A stretch of 64,000 bases of DNA from Bdellovibrionales bacterium (GTDB taxonomy: Bacteria; Bdellovibrionota; Bdellovibrionia; Bdellovibrionales; Bdellovibrionaceae). Where the stretch lies: positions 7,282-71,281 of the forward strand of contig JAYUCH010000036.1 in assembly GCA_043740435.1 (NCBI GenBank), read 5' to 3'. The notes under the pieces are model-generated. The model made no database searches. It had not been told where the DNA came from and saw only the letters and a program-made list of their open reading frames with translations. Shown here one piece after another: positions 9,010 to 17,754 of the stretch. Position 1 is the stretch's first letter. Every line of letters begins with the position of its first letter. Position numbers and translations under genes: made by a program.

Positions 9010-10416
9010 ATGAATAAAGTAATTTTAAGTATGATAGTGTTGGTGACAACTGCTGCTCAGGCAAATGATTTGCTGGTAAAATTGGCATCACCTGTTTCTG
9101 CGATAAAAACATCTGCACTCATGCAGCAAAGTGGTTTGAAAACAGAGATTTTAACGGAAAGCTGGGTGCGTGTTCAAGGGAACATTCAAACATCTAGCTT
9201 TGATAGTTTTATTGAAAGCGGCGCTGTCGAGTACTCGCAGCCCAATTACAAGATTAAGATTTTAGAAAATCCAACTTTAGCAAAACTAAAATCAGCGAAG
9301 TTAAAAGCTGAATTTTTAAATTCGAATTTGTTTCCTCAGGCAGCAGTTGACAATCCTGCTTTACCTGACGCTCCGGCTGTTAGCTCCGGCAACGACCCTT
9401 TGTTTAACAAGCAGTGGGGAATGAAAGATATCGGAACCGAAGCGGCTTGGAACTTTAATCGTGGCACGAACAAAATAATTGTTGCCGTTATTGACACTGG
9501 TGTTGATTACACCCACGAGGATTTGTTGCCAAATTTATGGCGTAATACCAAAGAAATTTCAAACAATAATATAGATGACGACAAAAATGGTTACATTGAC
9601 GATGTCATCGGTTGGGATTTTTTGTCTAACGACAATAAACCTTACGATTTAGCTGCCACTTCAATCGGCGAATTATTAAACGGCGGAAACCCGGGACACG
9701 GGACTCATTGTGCTGGAAACGTAGCGGCTGCCGGAGCCAACGGAAAAGGTATTTCAGGAGTTGCTCCGAACGCACAGATCATGGTTTTAAGATTTATCGG
9801 TAACGAAGGCGGAACAACGGCTGATGCCGTCAAAGCCATTCACTATGCGGTTGATAACGGAGCAAAAGTTTTGTCGAATTCTTGGGGATCTGAAGGCGAA
9901 GATCCAGGTGAAAGTAACGATAACTTAGCATTACGTGAAAGTATTTCTTACGCCGAATCAAAAGACGTTTTATTTATTGCTGCAGCTGGAAACGGCCACC
10001 AAGGCGCTGGATACAACAATGATACAGATGCAAAACCGGCTTATCCTGCAAGTTATGAAAATGATAATATTATTTCTGTGGCAGCTGTTGATGTGAACGA
10101 TAACTTAGGCTCATTTTCAAACTGGGGGATAAAATCTGTAGATCTTGCAGCACCCGGTGTGAAAGTTTTTTCAACAACAGTTGGTGGAAAGTACTCAGAC
10201 ACGGTTATTGATTTATTAGGCGCACATTGGGACGGAACATCTATGGCCTGCCCGCATGTTGCCGGAGCCGCAGCTCTTTACTGGTCTGCACATCCAGAAA
10301 AAACTTCTAAAGAAGTTAAAGCCGCTTTATTGAATTCTGTAAAACGCATTCCTGCACTGGAAGGCAAAGTTTTATCTCAGGGGAAATTGAACGTCGAAAA
10401 TTTAATGCGACCATAA
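9010..10416 (+). CDS. Secreted subtilisin-like serine protease (S8) with propeptide
   Basis: AGGAGG SD, signal peptide; catalytic VIDTG (Asp), HGTHCAG (His), GTSMACPHVAG (Ser); AAGN oxyanion motif. Confidence 0.95.
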   Translation: MNKVILSMIVLVTTAAQANDLLVKLASPVSAIKTSALMQQSGLKTEILTESWVRVQGNIQTSSFDSFIESGAVEYSQPNYKIKILENPTLAKLKSAKLKAEFLNSNLFPQAAVDNPALPDAPAVSSGNDPLFNKQWGMKDIGTEAAWNFNRGTNKIIVAVIDTGVDYTHEDLLPNLWRNTKEISNNNIDDDKNGYIDDVIGWDFLSNDNKPYDLAATSIGELLNGGNPGHGTHCAGNVAAAGANGKGISGVAPNAQIMVLRFIGNEGGTTADAVKAIHYAVDNGAKVLSNSWGSEGEDPGESNDNLALRESISYAESKDVLFIAAAGNGHQGAGYNNDTDAKPAYPASYENDNIISVAAVDVNDNLGSFSNWGIKSVDLAAPGVKVFSTTVGGKYSDTVIDLLGAHWDGTSMACPHVAGAAALYWSAHPEKTSKEVKAALLNSVKRIPALEGKVLSQGKLNVENLMRP

Positions 10417-10429
10417 GGAATCTCACCCA

Positions 10430-10581
10430 ACGTCTCATTTAAAGACGTGTTCTATAAAACACAACTGACATAAGGCCAGGAAACTCTTGGTCTTATGTCC
10501 AGTCCTAAAATAATCCACCTACAAAGTTGTTCGTTTCGTAACAACTTTTGCATTACAATAAGAGCTAGAACACGTAAGGAG
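10430..10581 (+). other. Highly structured intergenic segment (nested inverted repeats ending at an SD); candidate cis-regulatory RNA or miniature inverted-repeat element
   Basis: Outer 10-bp IR ACGTGTTCTA (10445-54)/TAGAACACGT (10566-75) encloses a 15-bp stem (10467-99) and a 9-bp stem (10523-48); competing hairpin 10430-48; AAGGAG SD at 10576-81. Confidence 0.45.
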
Positions 10582-10585
10582 CCTA

Positions 10586-11182
10586 ATGAAATTTTTAGGA
10601 TCACAGTTTTACATTTTATTGTTAATTGCCTGTTTCTTTTTCTTGGATCAGAAAGCTTACGCACAAACGGCCCCACGTTTTTCAGCGGGTGCCATGATTT
10701 TATTTGGCCAAGGGCAAATGGGAAATGGCAGTGACGTTCCGGACCGAGCCATGATGCATACACCGATTGCTTTTTTTGGTGGAGTTAATTTTAAAAAATT
10801 TCGTGTAGGTTTAAATTACGAATACAATATGGTTAATCAAACGGCTGACCCTGCATCAGTTAGCAATCAAAATCTATCGGGAACAGGTACAGCGCCAGGA
10901 CTTCGGTTGGAATTTTATGATGGCAAACAATCCGCAGGTCTTATTTACCGCCTATCAAACACGTATAATTTAGCAAAACCAACTGTGAACGGATCTTCTT
11001 CAATTTACACGGCCTCGGGTGGTTTTTCGCTGCAGTATTTCCGTCAATTCAAAAATCGTTTTGGTTTTGTTCTTGATTACACAACTGAAGCCTTCACAAA
11101 ATCTGTTGCTCCACCGTCTGGTAATGTGAAATACAGCCGCATTTCTGCAGGTATTGTCTTTTCGAACTTTGCTGGTAAATAA
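10586..11182 (+). CDS. Small outer-membrane beta-barrel protein (198 aa), paralog of 12357-12953
   Basis: Signal peptide (AYA), amphipathic strands, terminal strand YSRISAGIVF; shares motifs with 12357-12953. Confidence 0.7.
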   Translation: MKFLGSQFYILLLIACFFFLDQKAYAQTAPRFSAGAMILFGQGQMGNGSDVPDRAMMHTPIAFFGGVNFKKFRVGLNYEYNMVNQTADPASVSNQNLSGTGTAPGLRLEFYDGKQSAGLIYRLSNTYNLAKPTVNGSSSIYTASGGFSLQYFRQFKNRFGFVLDYTTEAFTKSVAPPSGNVKYSRISAGIVFSNFAGK

Positions 11183-11209
11183 ACAATAACATAATTCATT
11201 TGATAAAAA

Positions 11210-12367
11210 CTATTCGATAGCTGTAAGTGGCACAAGAACTACAGCTCTGGGATTAGCACCCAAATTCAAAACCGCACTTGTTAGTGATAAAACTCCTGAT
11301 CCGGAATCGATATTGTAGATATACCCCTTAGCTGATGAATCACCGGCCACCACTAAAAACTGGCTGTTTGATGTGACACCTAATGCATAAACCCCGGCTC
11401 CCACATCGCCCGCAAACGGTGAACCAGGAATGGCTGTTAGCAAACCCGTTGTACTATTAACACTGTAAGCACTAATTGTGTTATCCGTGTTATTCGTTAC
11501 AAAAAGAAATTTTCCGTTGGGTGTGATAATTATTTTTTTAGGATTTAATCCGGTTCCAACTGTTGCCGGAGTTAAAGCAGTCAATACACCGCCCGCGGAT
11601 ACACTGTGCAAATAAATTGAATTTGAACCCGTGCTCAGTGTGTAAAGAAATTTTCCGTTGGGATGAATAATTAAATCTTCCGGAGTTGAACCCGCTGGAG
11701 TTGATAAGTTAATCGTATTCAACGTTCCCGAAGAACTATTTATACTGAAGCTAGAAATATCTGCAGTTCCCCGATTAACCACAAATAAAAACCGCCCGTC
11801 AGGCGAAATAACTAAGTTCGTTGGGTTCGTGCGAGCGGTGTAGAAAATATCATTTCTTACCGTCATTGCACCCGTTGATGCATTGATAGTACACAAACTG
11901 ATATTATTTGAAACTGATGTCGAGTTAGCAATAAAACAAGCGCTGCCATTCGGATGAATTTTCAAAGCCGAAGTTCCGTTTCCTAATGCAGAGGCTGAAC
12001 TTGAAAACGCAGCGGTGCCCCCGGTAGAAACTGACAAGGGATCAATTGAATACCAAGAAATATTGTTACTGCTTTTGTTGCTTGCATAAATAAATTTTCC
12101 ATCGGGTGAGGAAACTAAATCATTTATGCTGGATGTGCTGGCGCCCGTTGAAATTGTATTGGCTAACAGGTTCGTGGTTCCATCTTTTTTGACATAATAT
12201 GCGTTAATCGTACTGCTGCCAAAATTTCCGAAATAAAAAAAATCATAGGTATTTTTTGTTCCTGAATTGGCATAGTCGTTGGCTTGTCCACATCCTAAAT
12301 AAAAAAAGCCCACGGCTGCTGTCATAATTATTGCTAGAAAAGAAATAACTTTATTTCTAGAATTCAT
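11210..12367 (-). CDS. Lactonase-family/YVTN-like beta-propeller lipoprotein
   Basis: Lipobox-like FYLGC; repeated blades SPDGKFIY, HPNGSACF, SPDGRFLF, HPNGKFLY, TPNGKFLF; Ser/Thr/Gly/Asn-rich. Start set to ATG 12367. Confidence 0.8.
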   Translation of the reverse strand: MNSRNKVISFLAIIMTAAVGFFYLGCGQANDYANSGTKNTYDFFYFGNFGSSTINAYYVKKDGTTNLLANTISTGASTSSINDLVSSPDGKFIYASNKSSNNISWYSIDPLSVSTGGTAAFSSSASALGNGTSALKIHPNGSACFIANSTSVSNNISLCTINASTGAMTVRNDIFYTARTNPTNLVISPDGRFLFVVNRGTADISSFSINSSSGTLNTINLSTPAGSTPEDLIIHPNGKFLYTLSTGSNSIYLHSVSAGGVLTALTPATVGTGLNPKKIIITPNGKFLFVTNNTDNTISAYSVNSTTGLLTAIPGSPFAGDVGAGVYALGVTSNSQFLVVAGDSSAKGYIYNIDSGSGVLSLTSAVLNLGANPRAVVLVPLTAIE

Positions 12368-12953
12368 AACGCACTCCAAATCCGTAATTGCCGTAAGTTA
12401 ATTTTTCTGACAAAGATGAAACAACGCCATCAACATTTTTTTCTGAAAAATCAACGGATTCATAGAAAAAACCAGGACTAACTTTTTTATAATTTTTTAA
12501 ATGAATAGTGAAGCGATAACCGTTGGGTTTTGTATAGGATACTTTTTTTCCATCAGAGGTTTTATTTAATAAATCGTATTGGCCCGAATTAATCAGCACA
12601 AAGCCAAATTTTATTTTTTCAAAATTAAGTCTTACAAACAAAGACAATGGCGAAGTAAAATTACCTCTGCGGTTACCGACGCCCGCTTCAACAGAAGAAT
12701 ACTGAGTCAATATTCGATAATCCGTTTCAGCCCCAAGACTGAAGCGTTTAATATTCACACCCAGTGCTGCATTTAAAGTAAAACTGCCAATCGTCGGCGA
12801 CGTAGAATCGGTGGATGACTTGACTTGACCCAAGCCAAGGTAACTTGCAATATCGAACAAGATAGCTCGTTGTTTGGTTGCAGAGGATTCTTGGGCCCAT
12901 GTTGCTTGGCCCATAATCAATGAGAAAAAAAATAATCTAAAAACTAAATTCAC
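12357..12953 (-). CDS. Small outer-membrane beta-barrel protein (198 aa)
   Basis: GTG start with AAGGA SD, signal peptide (TWA), canonical C-terminal beta-signal YGFGVRYEF. Confidence 0.78.
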   Translation of the reverse strand: MNLVFRLFFFSLIMGQATWAQESSATKQRAILFDIASYLGLGQVKSSTDSTSPTIGSFTLNAALGVNIKRFSLGAETDYRILTQYSSVEAGVGNRRGNFTSPLSLFVRLNFEKIKFGFVLINSGQYDLLNKTSDGKKVSYTKPNGYRFTIHLKNYKKVSPGFFYESVDFSEKNVDGVVSSLSEKLTYGNYGFGVRYEF

Positions 12954-12967
12954 GTATGTCCTTATTC

Positions 12968-14359
12968 TTAAAAAGTAATACCAATAATTGCAGGACCGGT
13001 CCCCGCCGCATAAGTTGCCGGACTGGCTGGTACTAAATTGCCAGTCGTTAAATCTCGAACAAAAACATTGACGTTATTACTTTTGAAATTGGCTGTGAAA
13101 ACAAATTTTCCGTTACCTAAAATACGAACATCATTGGGCCCGTCACCCGTTGGCCAGTTATTTATTGCAGTTAGCGTTCCACTGGTCGAATCAATATTAT
13201 AGCCAAAAACTTTTCCTGTGCCTGCTAAATCATTACCCCGTGCCGTTACATAAATTTGGGTCCCTGTTTTGTCTATTTCAACTCCAGAACCATTTCTGGC
13301 ATCTGACGTTTGATAAAAAGCAACGGGCGATAAAGCTCCGGTCACTTGATCAATAGACAGCACAGTCACGGCACCCGTGGCTCCTGGATTAAAAGTATTT
13401 GCGGCGTTTCCTGTATAAATGAATTTACCATTCGGATGAACTGATACAGCATCAGGCGCGCTGCCAGCAGCGTACGTTCCGATGACCGTTAGTGCGCAAC
13501 TTGTGGTATTTATTGAATAGGCCGAAATCGTGCCCGAGCCATAATTAGTCACGTAAACAAAACGATTCGAAGGATCTATCGCAATAAATCCTGAATTGGT
13601 TCCTGCCGGGTAATCAGCCACTTTGGTCAGTGCACCATTTGTTGAGTTGATCGAAAAACTTGTCACTGCGACAGCTGCTGCTGCATTAAAATTACTGGCT
13701 ATCAAACATTTGCTGTCTTTAGAAGTGGCTAAACCATCAACCCCCGCACCCGCTGCAAACGGACTTCCCGGGACTGCCGTCAAATTACCTGTTGCATGGT
13801 CAATCGTAAATCCCGCAATGCTATTTGCAGAAACCCCAGCGGTGTAAACCCAAGTATTAGTCGGATCAATTTCAACAGCGTAAGCACCCAACGGCGCAGC
13901 TGTGGTTCCTAAAACAGTGATGGCCCCTGTGGCCGAATCAATGCGCATCCGAGTTAAAAATGACGACACACTTTGGTTGGAGGCATACAAATAAGAGTTA
14001 TAGGAAAATCCATTAAATAAAGTTCCAGAAATTCCATTGGGATTCAGCACAACAACATCGACCACCGAGGCAAAGTGATAAGGTAACGTGCACGTGATTT
14101 GCGTCGCACTCACAACGGTCACACTTGGACAGTTTGTGCCACCTAAAATAACGATAGCTCCGGCAACAAAATTTGTTCCCGTAAGTGTAACGGTAATTCC
14201 ACCTTTTACGCCGTAAGATACAGGGCCGATTGCAGTTACTGTCGGAGAATTCGCAGCATCTGCTCCACTTGCAATGCCAATAGACCGGTTTGATGTATCT
14301 TTGGGGACGTTGCAAGCTAACAACGATACGCATAATGAAATAAATATTATATTTTTCAC
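12968..14359 (-). CDS. Lipoprotein with IPT/TIG domain plus lactonase-like beta-propeller
   Basis: Lipobox LLAC; IPT motif PTVTAIGP...GGITVTLTGTNF...V.VVSATQITCTLP...VDVVVLNPNG; blades DPTNTWVY, DPSNRFVY, HPNGKFIY, DKTGTQIY, GNGKFVF. Confidence 0.82.
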   Translation of the reverse strand: MKNIIFISLCVSLLACNVPKDTSNRSIGIASGADAANSPTVTAIGPVSYGVKGGITVTLTGTNFVAGAIVILGGTNCPSVTVVSATQITCTLPYHFASVVDVVVLNPNGISGTLFNGFSYNSYLYASNQSVSSFLTRMRIDSATGAITVLGTTAAPLGAYAVEIDPTNTWVYTAGVSANSIAGFTIDHATGNLTAVPGSPFAAGAGVDGLATSKDSKCLIASNFNAAAAVAVTSFSINSTNGALTKVADYPAGTNSGFIAIDPSNRFVYVTNYGSGTISAYSINTTSCALTVIGTYAAGSAPDAVSVHPNGKFIYTGNAANTFNPGATGAVTVLSIDQVTGALSPVAFYQTSDARNGSGVEIDKTGTQIYVTARGNDLAGTGKVFGYNIDSTSGTLTAINNWPTGDGPNDVRILGNGKFVFTANFKSNNVNVFVRDLTTGNLVPASPATYAAGTGPAIIGITF

Positions 14360-14365
14360 AGCTTA

Positions 14366-14395
14366 TTATCGGCTTAACATGAATTTAACATAAAT
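14366..14395 (-). promoter_or_regulatory. sigma28-type -10 box with 11-bp direct repeat upstream
   Basis: Exact GCCGATAA 6 nt before the GTG start; plus-strand TTAACATGAAT/TTAACATAAAT tandem (10/11 identical) immediately upstream. Confidence 0.4.
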
Positions 14396-14433
14396 GAAGT
14401 TTTATCAATTCAAGACAAAAGTCAGTTTGGCTT

Positions 14434-15441
14434 TTACGAAGCCCCTATAGGTAAATAATCGACTTTAACGGACTCGTCCGCTTTCGGCACGGCTGACCCA
14501 TGAAAACGCACAAAGTAGGTCATAACATTCTGGTCGTTAAGTTCAGATTCTAAAGACCAGCCGTTGATAGCGTCTTCAGATATTGTTTTACCACCTACAG
14601 CTACCGTTAAAGTCGCCTTGTTCGGAGCTGATTTCAAATAGAATTGTGTTAACTGTCCGATGATGCGCGCTTTAATATTTGAAACAGCACGCGATAAATC
14701 AGAGCTACAAATACTTTCTTTAATCCCCGCAGAGGCCGTCACTAATTTCAAGTAACCTAACCCAATAGACACATGCCCGCCCAGAACATCACAGGCTTGG
14801 TTGGTGATAGTACCAATGTAATTGGCAATCCAAGCACGACCACCTTCTTTGAAAGCGGGCTTTAACTTATTCATGTAATTAACAAAATCATTTGTTGCAC
14901 CACTACCAAATTCACTGCTTTGATCATCTTCTTCACCTAAAAAGATAACAGTTAACAGTGCGTCTTTTCTTAAAAACCCTGGTGCATACATTTCACTGTA
15001 TGACCCTGTCGCAAAGGCTAAAGCATCCAAACCACGCTCTAAATCTGAACCACTTTCTCCGACGATTAACCGACTGCTTAATAAGTTAATATTTTGCTCG
15101 GTTAAAAATTTAGGCGTGCCTAGAATCTGCCGAGTCATCGGATACCTCGAGGAGTCAGCTGCCATCGTGGTACTGGTTACAGCCACGTGGTAATCCATCT
15201 TCAAGGAATTCAATGTACTGATCATATCTGGAATATGAGTTGCCAAATTATTTTGATACTGAGTCATCGATTTAGAGTTATCAATGACAAATAAAATATC
15301 CACTTTGTTATTGTATGAAATAACTTGACCAAAAGTTTGCTCTGCCGATGGCAAAGAAAAATTTGTCGGAGTATTTTTGCATCCCGCTTGCATAAAAGCA
15401 ACTGAAGCAACAATCACCATCGAGATATTTTTTAATTTCAA
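14434..15441 (-). CDS. vWA (MIDAS) domain lipoprotein
   Basis: Lipobox-like QAGC; KVDILFVIDNSKSM (DxSxS); GFLRKDALLTVIFLGEEDD; C-terminal beta domain of the type common in Bdellovibrio/myxobacterial vWA proteins. TTG start abuts upstream stop. Confidence 0.8.
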   Translation of the reverse strand: MKLKNISMVIVASVAFMQAGCKNTPTNFSLPSAEQTFGQVISYNNKVDILFVIDNSKSMTQYQNNLATHIPDMISTLNSLKMDYHVAVTSTTMAADSSRYPMTRQILGTPKFLTEQNINLLSSRLIVGESGSDLERGLDALAFATGSYSEMYAPGFLRKDALLTVIFLGEEDDQSSEFGSGATNDFVNYMNKLKPAFKEGGRAWIANYIGTITNQACDVLGGHVSIGLGYLKLVTASAGIKESICSSDLSRAVSNIKARIIGQLTQFYLKSAPNKATLTVAVGGKTISEDAINGWSLESELNDQNVMTYFVRFHGSAVPKADESVKVDYLPIGAS

Positions 15442-16203
15442 TCAGGCCGCCTTTGCCGCGTACTTAGTTATCGAATCCTTTGCAAATGCAGAGATATGTA
15501 AAAACTGAACACCATAATTGAAGCCCGACTTGCTGACAATTTTACAAACAGCATTGAAAGCTGGAACTTGGTCACTTGATCTGAAATGCAGATACAATTC
15601 TTGATCAATTTTAAAATCCACGTCGGACATTTTTATTCCTGCACCACCGGCACTAATTTCTAAACTCTGGGCTTTGAAGACTTTTTTCCGGTCGTGAACA
15701 ATGAGTGAACTAAAATAATGAGCCCGCGCATGCCGTCTACGAAAAAATAATTCTCCGTCCTGATCGGCATTCCAGTTGGCGTATAAACTTTTGATCTGTT
15801 GCGGACTAAATTCAGGTACATCCGATAGTCGTTTCCAGGAATCTTGATCTTTTTTCCACACGAAATCATATTCGAATAATGTTTTACTTTGCAGCATCTG
15901 CACCATTTCATTTTTAGAAAATGGCCCGTAATTATTATCTTGTTTTAAAATATACCAAGCGCGGTCCTTTTCGAGATCAGGAATTACTTTAGTTTTAACA
16001 TTCTCTGCGATCGGGTTTTTAAAGCTTTTGTTGAACGTCTCTGTGAGGGCAGAAAACTCAAGCAACAGAACCCAGTCTTCTGCTTTTTGATCGTAGATGT
16101 AATCGTTCCACAACAGTTCTTTGGTCGAAAGCTTTTTTGATATTTCCGTTAAAAGCCAAGGACCTTTTTGAATTCCGTCTTGTGCTACATAGTACATTTC
16201 CAT
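15442..16203 (-). CDS. Tandem GYF_2 domains plus C-terminal PilZ domain (candidate c-di-GMP receptor)
   Basis: YYVAQDGIQKGPW...W and WYILKQDNNYGPF...W; PilZ motifs RRRHAR and EISAGG, FNAVCKIV, YGVQF. Confidence 0.85.
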   Translation of the reverse strand: MEMYYVAQDGIQKGPWLLTEISKKLSTKELLWNDYIYDQKAEDWVLLLEFSALTETFNKSFKNPIAENVKTKVIPDLEKDRAWYILKQDNNYGPFSKNEMVQMLQSKTLFEYDFVWKKDQDSWKRLSDVPEFSPQQIKSLYANWNADQDGELFFRRRHARAHYFSSLIVHDRKKVFKAQSLEISAGGAGIKMSDVDFKIDQELYLHFRSSDQVPAFNAVCKIVSKSGFNYGVQFLHISAFAKDSITKYAAKAA

Positions 16204-16238
16204 AAAACCCTCTTGCTAAAAAAATGTTATACAAGGTG

Positions 16239-16291
16239 TTTTCGGACGAAGTGCTGGGCGTCTTAAATCGGCTTTGAAGTGAAAAACTTTT
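16239..16291 (-). promoter_or_regulatory. Tandem sigma28(FliA)-like promoters
   Basis: AAAAGTTT-N11-GCCGATTT (16291-16265; 7/8 and 6/8 matches to TAAAGTTT-N11-GCCGATAA) and TAAG-N15-TCCGAAAA (16265-16239). Confidence 0.5.
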
Positions 16292-16298
16292 CGACACT

Positions 16299-16688
16299 CT
16301 ATTTCAGAACGTCTAACCATTCGGTTGTGGGCATAATTAACTTTCGCTCTTTCAAATCAAAAAATCCGATGACTAGGTCTAGTTGGCAACCGACGTCGCC
16401 GTTTTCTTTGAACATAGTCTGCTTCAACCGAGTGATTTTTCGCTCTTGGATCACGGAATCCAAGCGAATCAATACCGTTTCCCGAAGTTTGATTTCTTTT
16501 AAAAATTTCAAACTGATTTCTAAAATGATTGGACCTTTTCCAGTTTCCTGAATTTTACTATAACCATATCCGCGTTGCGTGCTCATTTCCCAACGAGCTT
16601 CTTCAAAAAGTGAAACATAAGTCGCATTATTCACGTGTCCGTAGGAATCTAAATGCTGTTCTCGAATCAAAAGCTTGTAGTCGAACAT
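16299..16688 (-). CDS. Acyl-CoA thioesterase, hotdog fold (YbgC/4HBT family)
   Basis: HLDSYGHVNNATYVSLFEEAR; start moved to ATG 16688 (TAATG coupling with phnE). Confidence 0.9.
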   Translation of the reverse strand: MFDYKLLIREQHLDSYGHVNNATYVSLFEEARWEMSTQRGYGYSKIQETGKGPIILEISLKFLKEIKLRETVLIRLDSVIQERKITRLKQTMFKENGDVGCQLDLVIGFFDLKERKLIMPTTEWLDVLK

Positions 16689-17719
16689 TACTTTAAAGCT
16701 TCTCTGATATAGGCCGAGGCTTGATCCATAATCCAAACAACTGCAGCAATCACGACAATGATCGTTCCGACTTCGGGCCACATCGCTTGGCCTTGGTATT
16801 TAATCAACATTGTACCAATGCCGCCGCCGCCAACTAAACCAATGATCGTAGCCATACGTACATTAATATCCCAGCGGTAAACTGTAAAAGAAATGTACGG
16901 AAGAACCACTTGCGGGACGATGGCAAACCAAATCATTTGCAATTTGTTAGCACCGCAAGATTGCACACCTTCAATGGGACCTTCAGAAACGGTTTCAACC
17001 ATTTCTGAATATTGCTTCGTCAGCGAAGCAATCGAATGAACCATTAAGGCTAACATTCCGGCGAAAGGACCTATACCCACCCAAACAGAAAAAATAATTG
17101 CCCACACCAGCGCTTCAACGGATCTTGTTACGTTAAGAAAACTTCGAATAAATAAGTACACTCCGAAAGCCAAAGGTCCCTTCATTATATTTTTAGCCGC
17201 CATGAAACTCAGAATAAAAGCAAACGGGATCGCCAACACAGTTGCTAAAAAAGCCATAAAAATAGTTTCAATAATATTTAAAACAGCTGCTGGCAAAACA
17301 TTCCAATTGGGGTTAAAAATACCAGCAAATAACCGGCGAGCACCAGCAAATCCATCTTCGTCCAGTAATTCTGTTATTGAAAACTGAGTTTTACTTAGAC
17401 CAACAATGAACAACACCGTTAAAGTTACAAAAAAATGCCAGCCCCAAAAAGTTTGATAAATGGGCTTGGCTTCAACCTTTGTTTTTTCATAATCGGGCTC
17501 GAATAAATTTTGACCCATTGTTTTAATTCCTAAAAAAGAATTAAAAACATGACTTAAGAAAGCTCCGAAAACCATAAGTCCCAAAGTTAATGTTGAATTG
17601 AATTTTAAATCCAGCAACTGTTCGGTCGTCGGGTTTACAATCACTGAAATAATAACTAAAGCTAAAACCGTAACAGTTAATCCATCTAAAATCGAGCGAC
17701 GAACAATATTACCCTGCAT
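16688..17719 (-). CDS. phnE: Phosphonate/phosphite-type ABC transporter permease with N-terminal extension
   Basis: IETIFMAFLAT, GIGPFAG.LAL, EGVQSCGA (EAA loop), YRWDINVR, GLVGGGGIG. Confidence 0.9.
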   Translation of the reverse strand: MQGNIVRRSILDGLTVTVLALVIISVIVNPTTEQLLDLKFNSTLTLGLMVFGAFLSHVFNSFLGIKTMGQNLFEPDYEKTKVEAKPIYQTFWGWHFFVTLTVLFIVGLSKTQFSITELLDEDGFAGARRLFAGIFNPNWNVLPAAVLNIIETIFMAFLATVLAIPFAFILSFMAAKNIMKGPLAFGVYLFIRSFLNVTRSVEALVWAIIFSVWVGIGPFAGMLALMVHSIASLTKQYSEMVETVSEGPIEGVQSCGANKLQMIWFAIVPQVVLPYISFTVYRWDINVRMATIIGLVGGGGIGTMLIKYQGQAMWPEVGTIIVVIAAVVWIMDQASAYIREALK

Positions 17720-17754
17720 ACTTTAATCTTTCATCCGATCTTCATCTTATCGGT

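Noticed and set aside
10430-10581. Known riboswitch or CRISPR repeat
   Set aside because: No recognisable conserved aptamer core and no repeat-spacer periodicity; kept only as an unclassified structure.
11500-11680. Near-identical DNA repeats AAATTTTCCGTTGGG
   Set aside because: Explained by repeated propeller blades (PNGKF).
11210-14359. Calling the propellers 6-phosphogluconolactonase (pgl)
   Set aside because: Lipoprotein signals, IPT domain and composition indicate surface proteins; only the fold family is supported.
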